Translations under genes and position numbers: made by a program | Part shown: in pieces, positions 29,702 to 36,668 of the stretch | Layout of the letters: each line of letters opens with the position of its first letter | How positions within the stretch are numbered: position 1 is the stretch's first letter | The notes under the pieces: model-generated | Databases searched by the model: none | Told to the model about the DNA's origin: nothing | Seen by the model: the letters and a program-made list of their open reading frames with translations, nothing else | Assembly (NCBI GenBank): GCA_964594245.1 | Contig: CAZQML010000220.1 | Coordinates: 1 to 37,935, forward strand | Length of the DNA: 37,935 nt | Direction of reading: 5' to 3' | From: an uncultured Dehalococcoidales bacterium | Lineage (GTDB): Bacteria > Chloroflexota > Dehalococcoidia > GIF9 > AB-539-J10

Positions 29702-30003
29702 CAGAGAGCCATTGTTGGTGGGTGTGGGGGTAGAATAGGGGCGCCAGGGCTCCCTGTTGTCGCCAGAGCGTGGATTCGTGGTTGGTCAGATGCGTTCATG
29801 TGGCTGTGGACCAAGGCTTGCCTGGCCCGTGAGCGAAGCAAGCAGTACGGTGCGGGCTGGACAGTGTCTTGGGATTCCGTCTGGTTTCGGGGTGCAACAA
29901 GGACCTTCGCTTCTGTGTCTCGACACAGCCATGTGAGGTGGCTCTCAGAGGCGGACACTGTGATGGAGCCAGAGGGCCTGTCCTGGTGCTTGCCGCACGT
30001 GCG

Positions 30004-30032
30004 TTGACATTCGTGAAGGAGGGAACTAGAAT
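30004..30032 (+). promoter_or_regulatory. Near-consensus sigma70 promoter of the tubulin-like gene
   Basis: TTGACA (30004-30009), exact 17-nt spacer, TAGAAT (30027-30032). The ATG at 30039 lies 6 nt after the -10 element. Confidence 0.55.
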
Positions 30033-30038
30033 AGCGCC

Positions 30039-31211
30039 ATGAAGCTGCTGGTAATAGGACTTGGACAATGTGGCGGGCGGATCGCCGATAGATTCGCTCG
30101 CTTGAACAAGAGAGGGCATGCCCTCCGCGGGATGGACACTCTCGCCGGAGTGTTCGCAGTCAACACGGATGTGACGGACCTCAGCGGACTGCGTACGATC
30201 AAACCTGACTACAAGCATCGCATACTCATCGGTGCGCAACGTACGAACGGCCATGGCGTGGGGAAGATCAGCGAACTGGGTGCCGAGATAGCGAACGAAG
30301 ACGTCGACAAGATAGTCGATGCGATTCGCACGGCCGAAGGATTCTACGAGACTGACGCCTTCCTGCTGTGCGCCGGAGCTGCGGGCGGTACAGGATCTGG
30401 CGCCATAGGGGTGCTGACCAAGCACCTGAAGGAACGGTATATCGGGAAGCCTGTCTATGACGTGGTGGTCCTGCCGTTCCGCCAGGAGGAGACCACTGAG
30501 ACCAGAACCATCTATAACACGGCAACGTGCTTGAAGTCGACGTACCTGGTCGCTGATGCCGTGTTCCTGATTGACAATCAGCGCTATGTGAAGAAAGACG
30601 CCCCCGCCGAGAACAACCTGAACACTATCAATGCCAGAGTGGCGGAGCCGTTCTACAACATGCTGTGCGCGGGCGAGGAGACCAAGAGCCGCTTCGTTGG
30701 CTCCAAGACACTCGATGCTGGAGACATCATCCAGACTCTAACCGGGTGGACAGTTATCGGAGGTGGTATGTCGAGGCTCGAGCGACGACTGCCGTTCTGC
30801 GGCCCGAGGCGTGACTTTCGTGACAAGATGATTGAAACCAGCCGGGCCTCGCACGCGATGGATCAAGCCATAAGCGAGCTGTCAATGACGATTGACCCGA
30901 GCGATGCGGGAAGGGCTCTGTATCTCCTTACGGCCCCTGCCAAAGAGATGAGCATGGACATTCTCAAGCAGCTCGGAGACAACCTCAAGAGCCTTGCGCC
31001 CAACGCCCTCATCCGGAGTGGTGACTACCCGCGGGATAGTCGGCAGGTTGACGTGACTCTTGTCATGTCGGAGATTGGCAGCGTTCGAAAGGTAACGGAC
31101 TACTTCACCAAGGCGATCGACCTCATCTCGGTGATGAAGGCGAAACGCGGGCTCGGCTATCAGACGAGAAAGCTCGAGGAGTCCTTCGATGAGATTCCCG
31201 TGCTGCTATGA
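30039..31211 (+). CDS. Tubulin/FtsZ-superfamily GTPase, CetZ/tubulin-like (not canonical FtsZ)
   Basis: 390 aa beginning MKLLVIGLGQCGGRIA (T1 loop). Other motifs are AVNTDVTDL, GHGVGKISELGAE, the tubulin signature AGGTGSG (aa 115-121), VFLIDNQ and the T7-like LDAGDIIQTL. The C-terminal tail is ..SFDEIPVLL. Confidence 0.8.
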   Translation: MKLLVIGLGQCGGRIADRFARLNKRGHALRGMDTLAGVFAVNTDVTDLSGLRTIKPDYKHRILIGAQRTNGHGVGKISELGAEIANEDVDKIVDAIRTAEGFYETDAFLLCAGAAGGTGSGAIGVLTKHLKERYIGKPVYDVVVLPFRQEETTETRTIYNTATCLKSTYLVADAVFLIDNQRYVKKDAPAENNLNTINARVAEPFYNMLCAGEETKSRFVGSKTLDAGDIIQTLTGWTVIGGGMSRLERRLPFCGPRRDFRDKMIETSRASHAMDQAISELSMTIDPSDAGRALYLLTAPAKEMSMDILKQLGDNLKSLAPNALIRSGDYPRDSRQVDVTLVMSEIGSVRKVTDYFTKAIDLISVMKAKRGLGYQTRKLEESFDEIPVLL

Positions 31212-31246
31212 TTGAACTCGTCTCGTTGCTGTGACGAATGACGCAT

Positions 31247-31279
31247 GAAGTCCCCTGGCTGTACCAGCCAGGGGACTTC
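31247..31279. terminator. Bidirectional hairpin between convergent genes
   Basis: Perfect 15-bp stem GAAGTCCCCTGGCTG / CAGCCAGGGGACTTC with a 3-nt loop. It sits between the stop of the tubulin-like gene (31211) and the stop of the 192-aa repeat gene (31308). There is no strong U-tract on either side. Confidence 0.5.
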
Positions 31280-31307
31280 TGTCTACTTGACCTCTTCGAG
31301 TTTCTGT

Positions 31308-31886
31308 CTACCTGCGGGCCTTGGTGAACACTGTCCATGTGCGCGCCATAGCCTCTCCGTGTACCTGGCGAGCCTTCTTCTCGGCTTCGTCTCTCTCTCT
31401 CAGCGATTGTGAGACGACGTCGTCATACGCCTTCTTGGCTTGGGCAACGTTGTCGTCATATGCTTTGCGAATCTGCGCAGTGCTCGCCTCGAACGCATGC
31501 TGAGCCTGAGCCAGGTCGTCTTCCATCACCTTCTTTGCCTGTGCGAGGGAAGTCTCGTACTGCCCTCGTGCCCGGCCTGTGGCGTCCATAGAGCCCCGCC
31601 GGGCCTTGTCGAGGGCGTCTGAGTACGCCTTCTCGGCTTTCTGCTCCTGGTCTTTGTAGGCGTTCTCCAGCTGGTGCTCCGCCTGGACGTACGCCATATA
31701 GGCCGCTACGGCACGTTGTTGGGTTTCGTCCAGGGCATCAACCATCGCCGAATCTTCCGCCGCTGGAGGCTTCTTCACGTCTTCAGCCTGCGCCTTGGTT
31801 TCTGCCGCTGTTGGAGGCCTCTTCTCGGTGTCAGTCTGCGCCCTGCTTTCCGGCGCTTTCTCGCGCACTTCCTCTACGTTGGCCAT
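31308..31886 (-). CDS. Hendecad-repeat (11-residue period) Ala/Lys/Asp/Gln-rich helical protein, 192 aa
   Basis: ATG 31886 is preceded by AAGGAGGG. About 12 consecutive 11-mers have a conserved aromatic/hydrophobic residue at positions 66, 77, 88, 110, 121, 132, 143, 154, 176 and 187 (for example KKAYDDNVAQA and KKAYDDVVSQS). Confidence 0.7.
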   Translation of the reverse strand: MANVEEVREKAPESRAQTDTEKRPPTAAETKAQAEDVKKPPAAEDSAMVDALDETQQRAVAAYMAYVQAEHQLENAYKDQEQKAEKAYSDALDKARRGSMDATGRARGQYETSLAQAKKVMEDDLAQAQHAFEASTAQIRKAYDDNVAQAKKAYDDVVSQSLRERDEAEKKARQVHGEAMARTWTVFTKARR

Positions 31887-31985
31887 CTATGCCCTCCTTT
31901 GGCAATGTGTTTCGTCAATGTCTCTTGTGGGAGAGTGTATCATGTGCCGCCTCTCTGAGGCCCCCTCAGTGAAGACATCTCGCGG

Positions 31986-33557
31986 CTATCGTTCGCCTTC
32001 CTCGCTGTCATCGGACCTTTCGAACGGCTTGTCCTTCTCTGATGCGTACATTCTGGAGAGGAACTCCAGCCTCGCTCGCATGTCTCGCTTTGCTTCGTGC
32101 GGCGGCGGCTTCAGTCTCGACTCGTCCGGCTCGATTCGGCTGAGGGCCTCCTCGAAGAGCTTTGAGGAGGGGAGTTCGGATGGCTCTTCGACCCCCTGGC
32201 TGGCCTTCTCCGCACCCGCGACGGCTTCTTCAAAGACGCGAGCGGATGCGTGAGCGGCCTTACGTGCGGTCCTGGTGGTCTCCTCAGCCTTCTTGATGGC
32301 CTCCTCGAGAACCTTTGCCGATGCAACTACGGTGTCGCGCGCCGCGGTGATTGATGCCTCGGTGGCTTCTCTCACCACGCGTCTCGACTCCGCTGCTGCC
32401 CGCATAGCTTCGGTGCCGATTTCCTCGGAGCGACGCACTGCCTCCGCTGCCAGCCCCCGCGCTTCCTCCTCCGCCTCGGCGGCGAGCTTCCCGATCTCTT
32501 CAGCTCGGGCTGCCGATGCCTCGGATGCCTTCAGGGCGTCTTCCGCCAGCCTCATGGCTGTCGACGTAACCTCTTCGCTGCGTCTAACGGCCTCGCGAGA
32601 CGAACGCTCCGCTTGCTCGGCCTTCCCCATGGCCTCCTGCGAAGCACGAGTCGCGGACTCGACTGCTTCCCTGCTTGCCCTTACCGTTTCTTCAATGCGG
32701 GCGACCGCCTCGTGAGACGACTTGATTTGCTGGCTGGCCTCACGCTGGCTTAGCTTCCCTGCCTCCTCCGCTCGCCGCAGGGCAGTTTCAAACGCACGGC
32801 TGGACTGCGCGGACGACGCATTCGAGGCAGCAATTGCCTCTTCTGCCCGAGCAAGCGCCTCTTCAAATGCCCCGGAAGACAGAGCGGCTGAATCGGAGGC
32901 CGACTGGAAGACTCTCTCCGCCCTGGCGACAGCCTTCGCGGAGGCCTTCTCAGCGTCTCGTGAGGCCTTCTCGGACGAGCGGGCGAGTCGCTCAAGTGTA
33001 ATCTGGGCCTCACGAGAGGCTTTGATGGCCTCCTCTGAAGCCCGTGTAGCCTTCTGGCCCTCTTCTTCAGCGCGCGCCACCGCTTGCTGGGCCGCGCGCC
33101 GGGCTTCCTCCGCCTTCTCCTGCGCAACCTGCGAAGCCTTCTCGACCCTGCTCAGCAGCTTCTGGGAGGAAGAGACTGACTCCACCACGGAATCCATCGT
33201 CTGATTCGCAATCACCTCAAGCTGCGCAACCGCCTCTTCAAATGAGCGAGCGCTCTCCTCGGCTGCCTCAGTGGACGACCGAACGGCCTGCTCGGCTGCA
33301 GCGATGGTGTCTTGCGCCCTCGAGATGGTCCCATCCACCGACTGGCTGACCTCGGACGCCTTCCTCACAGCGTCCTCGGCCATCTTTCGGGCCTCTTCCG
33401 CCGTGGCAAGCGCCTCGCGGCCGATGTTCTCGATTCTGGTGACGGCCTGTTCTGAGGCTTTGCGAGAATGCTCTCCAGCCTGGCGTGCAGCCAGGTTCAT
33501 CTGCTCGGCTCTTGCTACCGCCTCTTCGAAGGAAGGTGACTCTCTGTCTCTGTCCAT
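31986..33557 (-). CDS. Large Ala/Glu/Ser/Arg-rich repeat protein (about 25-residue period, predicted coiled coil), 523 aa
   Basis: A continuous 523-codon ORF with GGAAGG Shine-Dalgarno and its own promoter. The motif [FLS]-E-E-A-[VLIM]-x-[RK]-A-E-E recurs (FEEAVARAE, FEEALARAEE, FETALRRAEE, LEEAIKKAEE, FEEAVAGAE, FEEALSRIE). Confidence 0.75.
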   Translation of the reverse strand: MDRDRESPSFEEAVARAEQMNLAARQAGEHSRKASEQAVTRIENIGREALATAEEARKMAEDAVRKASEVSQSVDGTISRAQDTIAAAEQAVRSSTEAAEESARSFEEAVAQLEVIANQTMDSVVESVSSSQKLLSRVEKASQVAQEKAEEARRAAQQAVARAEEEGQKATRASEEAIKASREAQITLERLARSSEKASRDAEKASAKAVARAERVFQSASDSAALSSGAFEEALARAEEAIAASNASSAQSSRAFETALRRAEEAGKLSQREASQQIKSSHEAVARIEETVRASREAVESATRASQEAMGKAEQAERSSREAVRRSEEVTSTAMRLAEDALKASEASAARAEEIGKLAAEAEEEARGLAAEAVRRSEEIGTEAMRAAAESRRVVREATEASITAARDTVVASAKVLEEAIKKAEETTRTARKAAHASARVFEEAVAGAEKASQGVEEPSELPSSKLFEEALSRIEPDESRLKPPPHEAKRDMRARLEFLSRMYASEKDKPFERSDDSEEGER

Positions 33558-33621
33558 CTACGGGTTGCCTTCCAGCAGGCGTTCAGCCATCACGGAGATG
33601 CGGCTGAACGTGCGCAACGGT

Positions 33622-33650
33622 ATTGTAGTCACACCACTTGTTATTATCAA
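33622..33650 (-). promoter_or_regulatory. Sigma70 promoter of the repeat-protein operon
   Basis: On the minus strand: TTGATA (33650-33645), 17-nt spacer, TACAAT (33627-33622). The ~58-nt leader contains an 8-bp hairpin (33581-33609). Confidence 0.5.
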
Positions 33651-34474
33651 CGAAAAGCAGGGATTCTTCGATTATGCAGGGCGGGCAGTCGCTTGCGGAC
33701 ATCGGCCAGTTCACGCAGGTCGAGCTGTGCCGAGATGATATGTTCTCCCTCCTGCGGCGCGCGGGCGAGAACTCGACCCCATGGATCGACAATCATGCTA
33801 TTCCCGTACGTCGCTATCCCCCCTGCCCCCATCCCCGCCTGTCCCGGCGCGACTATGAAGCACTGGTTCTCGATAGCGCGCGCCCGAACAAGTATCTCCC
33901 AGTGCGCCTCTCCTGTCGGAGCTGTGAATGAGGACGGGATGAATACGAGCTCTGCTCCAATGTCGGCCAGGCGCCGATATAGCTCCGGGAAACGGACGTC
34001 GTAGCAGATGGTCAGACCTACCTTCATCCCCGAAGCTTCGGCACACACGACATCCGTACCTGCGGTGTAGTGGCTCGATTCGGCCACCGACCTGTCTCCG
34101 ATGGTCATGTCGAAGAGGTGAATCTTGCGGTAGGCTGCCGCGATTCTTCCCCGGGGGTCGATCAAGACCGACGTGTTGTACGGCATGGAAGCGTCCGCGT
34201 CTTGCTCGTGGACGCTTCCAGCCAGGATCCACACTTCGCGTTGGGCGGCAAGACCCATCAGCGGCTCAAGGGCGGTGCCCGGAAGGGGCTCCGCAATGCT
34301 GCTGAGGATGGACGTATCGCCTCTGTAGTCGAAGGTCTCGGGCAGAGCGACCAGTGTGGCTCCATTCTCTGTGGCCTTTTTCACCAGGTCAACGGCACGC
34401 TGGATGTTCTGCTGCTTGTCGGGACCGCTCGCCATCTGGGCGATTGCCACCGTCACTCGTGTGCTGGCTGTCAC
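33647..34474 (-). CDS. Carbon-nitrogen hydrolase (nitrilase superfamily; omega-amidase/Nit-like)
   Basis: Glu-Lys-Cys triad context: LVALPETFDY, YRKIHLFD, GLTICYDVRFPE. The preferred start is GTG 34474 (AAGGAAG Shine-Dalgarno 9 nt upstream, product VTASTRVTVAIAQM..). The ORF is open to GTG 34528. Confidence 0.85.
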   Translation of the reverse strand: MTASTRVTVAIAQMASGPDKQQNIQRAVDLVKKATENGATLVALPETFDYRGDTSILSSIAEPLPGTALEPLMGLAAQREVWILAGSVHEQDADASMPYNTSVLIDPRGRIAAAYRKIHLFDMTIGDRSVAESSHYTAGTDVVCAEASGMKVGLTICYDVRFPELYRRLADIGAELVFIPSSFTAPTGEAHWEILVRARAIENQCFIVAPGQAGMGAGGIATYGNSMIVDPWGRVLARAPQEGEHIISAQLDLRELADVRKRLPALHNRRIPAFR

Positions 34475-34668
34475 GTTAGTCTTCTTCCTTTGCCGGGACG
34501 CCTCAACAGGCGCAACAGCACCCCACACGCGATGACTCTCTCTGCGCGGGGTTAGATCTCAGTAGTCGCGACCTGACAATAATACCACGAGTCGGTGGCT
34601 GACAGACGGTGTGGTGTCAATACGAACCCGGTGTCTGTTCGAGTGGAATGTGAACAAGGTCGATCGTT

Positions 34669-34703
34669 AGAAGAAGAGCAGGCGCGGACACTGCCCGCGC
34701 CTG
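34669..34703 (-). terminator. Rho-independent terminator after dctM
   Basis: 9-bp stem CAGGCGCGG / CCGCGCCTG (34679-34703) with a 7-nt loop, followed on the minus strand by CUCUUCUUCU. Confidence 0.6.
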
Positions 34704-34724
34704 CCGCACTTGAATACGATACGA

Positions 34725-36059
34725 CTACCTGATCATCTGGCCCGGCAGCCATGTGACGATCTCGGGGAAGATTACCATGAGCGTTAGAGCGATGACAATC
34801 ATTCCGATGTACGGGACAGCTCCCCGAATGATATGGCCTGTGTCGATGCCTTGTTCAGTCGTGGTTACCGCCTTGAGGAAGAAGATGGCATAGGCGAATG
34901 GCGGGCTGATGAAAGACATCTGCAGGTTCACGATAATCATCATGGAGAACCACAAGGGGTCGAAGCCAACAGCCGAAGCGATGGGAGTCACGATGGGAAT
35001 CATGATCAATACGATGCCCATCCAGTCGATCAGCATGCCAAGGACGAAGATGATGAACATGATGACCAGCAGTGCTCCCCATTTGCCGCCTGGGGTTGCT
35101 AGGACGAACGAATTGACGACGTCGCCGCACCCGAGGCCGAGGAATATGCTGGTGAAGAAGGTGGCGCCTACCACCACGATGAACACCATGCTGAAAGTGC
35201 CCGCAGTGGCGAAACACGTCTCCTTGATGACGCGGAAATTGAGTCTCCTGTATGCAGCTACCATAATGGTTGCCGCGAGGGCGCCCACGGCGGCCGCCTC
35301 GGTCGGGGCTGCGATGCCCAGGAAAATGCTTCCGAGCACCGCAAGAATCAGAATCATTGTTGGTAGCAGGCCAGTGACCAGCAGGTACAGTTTGTGGCGC
35401 ATAGGGACGTTGCGCTCCTCAGGTGGAAGGACGGGCGCTTCCCGTGGCCTCAGCTTGCACCTGACGAGGATATAGGCCGTGTAGAGAGCGGACAGCAGGA
35501 AGCCCGCAGGGAACGCGGCCATGAACAACTGTCCAACCGAGATGTTGGCCATTGGTCCATAGAAGATAAGCATGATGCTCGGGGGGATAAGAATGCCGAG
35601 TGAGCCACCGGCGCAGCATGCTCCGGTCGATAGTTCCTTCGAGTAGCCGCGTTGTAGCATTGACGGGAGAGCGATGAGACCGAGCATGGTGACCGACGCA
35701 GCGATAACGCCAACGGTCGCCGCCAGAATCGTGCCGAACCAGATGGTGGCAACTGCCAGTCCACCTCGAACACCGCCCAACCACAAATACAGCGTGTCGA
35801 ACAGTTGTTTCGACACCCCTGACTTCTCCACCATGATGCCCATGAATATGAAAAGTGGCACGGCGAGGAAGGTGTAGTTGGACGTAACGCCGAACAGTCG
35901 GTCATAGAAAAGCGAGAAGATGGCCGGCCCAAAGAACAGGGCACCCGCGATGAGAGCGACGCCACCCAGCGCAAGGCCAAGCGGGAAGCCGCTGCCAACA
36001 AGGAGGATCAGGAGAGTGATCATGACGACGGTCACAATTTCGGGACTTGCGTCAATCAC
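34725..36059 (-). CDS. dctM: TRAP transporter large permease
   Basis: 444 aa and polytopic, with DctM-family length and blocks (..GFPLGLALGGVA.., ..GILIPPSI.., ..AAPTEAAAVGA..). It overlaps the stop of dctQ by 4 nt. Confidence 0.9.
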   Translation of the reverse strand: MIDASPEIVTVVMITLLILLVGSGFPLGLALGGVALIAGALFFGPAIFSLFYDRLFGVTSNYTFLAVPLFIFMGIMVEKSGVSKQLFDTLYLWLGGVRGGLAVATIWFGTILAATVGVIAASVTMLGLIALPSMLQRGYSKELSTGACCAGGSLGILIPPSIMLIFYGPMANISVGQLFMAAFPAGFLLSALYTAYILVRCKLRPREAPVLPPEERNVPMRHKLYLLVTGLLPTMILILAVLGSIFLGIAAPTEAAAVGALAATIMVAAYRRLNFRVIKETCFATAGTFSMVFIVVVGATFFTSIFLGLGCGDVVNSFVLATPGGKWGALLVIMFIIFVLGMLIDWMGIVLIMIPIVTPIASAVGFDPLWFSMMIIVNLQMSFISPPFAYAIFFLKAVTTTEQGIDTGHIIRGAVPYIGMIVIALTLMVIFPEIVTWLPGQMIR

Positions 36060-36577
36060 AGCTCCTCTCCTTTCCTGAGGCTGGCCAGGTCCTTAATCAC
36101 CCAGACGAGCGCTGCCAGTACCCACATGATTAGTGCAACAACCATCATCCAGCGGTATGGCCACATGAGAGGCCGCCAGAAACCCACCTCGGAGAATTCC
36201 TTGTTCGTGAATGAGTAGATAGCCCTCGGAATGGCTCTCTGGATAAGCATGATGTAGAGGGGGAAAAACAGGACGATGTTGAGCACAGAGTCGACGATTG
36301 CCTTCAGCTTTCGAGAATAGCGCGTGTAGATGATGTCGACGCGGACCTGATCTCGGCGAACCGTCACCCACGCCATGCCCAGCAGCATGATTGACCCGCC
36401 GATCATGTAGGCCACGTCGAATGCCCACACGGTGGGCTTGCTGAAGAGATAGCGCATGAACGTGTCGAACGTGAGCGCAAGAATAAGACCGAGCAGGAGC
36501 CATGCGACACTCTTGCCGATCCAGATGCTCAACTTGTCCACCAAGTCGAATGCCGGCTTCAATACTTTCACTAGCAT
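36056..36577 (-). CDS. dctQ: TRAP transporter small permease
   Basis: 173 aa with 4 TM helices, positioned between the solute receptor and the large permease. Confidence 0.85.
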   Translation of the reverse strand: MLVKVLKPAFDLVDKLSIWIGKSVAWLLLGLILALTFDTFMRYLFSKPTVWAFDVAYMIGGSIMLLGMAWVTVRRDQVRVDIIYTRYSRKLKAIVDSVLNIVLFFPLYIMLIQRAIPRAIYSFTNKEFSEVGFWRPLMWPYRWMMVVALIMWVLAALVWVIKDLASLRKGEEL

Positions 36578-36616
36578 CTATCCTTAGTCCCGAAAATGTG
36601 GACAGAACAGGTGCAG

Positions 36617-36648
36617 GTGAGGCTCCCCACGCGGGAGGGGAGCCTCAC
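36617..36648 (-). promoter_or_regulatory. Intercistronic stem-loop between dctP and dctQ
   Basis: 12-bp perfect stem GTGAGGCTCCCC / GGGGAGCCTCAC with an 8-nt loop in the 91-nt gap and no U-tract. It is a likely mRNA-stabilising or attenuating element favouring receptor excess. Confidence 0.5.
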
Positions 36649-36668
36649 TCACCTTCGTAGCATTTCTA

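Noticed and set aside
29702-30003. 69-aa Trp-rich + strand ORF (29798-30007), long - strand ORFs and a possible ncRNA in the nnr/tubulin-like intergenic region
   Set aside because: There is no ribosome-binding site and the amino-acid composition is implausible. The - strand ORFs run antisense into the tubulin-like gene. Only short generic hairpins are present.
32275-33738. Three Ser/Ala-rich + strand ORFs (146, 160 and 155 aa)
   Set aside because: They are the mirror image of the Ala/Glu/Arg-rich repeat gene on the - strand. The - strand ORF is continuous over 523 codons and has a Shine-Dalgarno and a promoter, while the + strand ORFs are fragmented and lack ribosome-binding sites.
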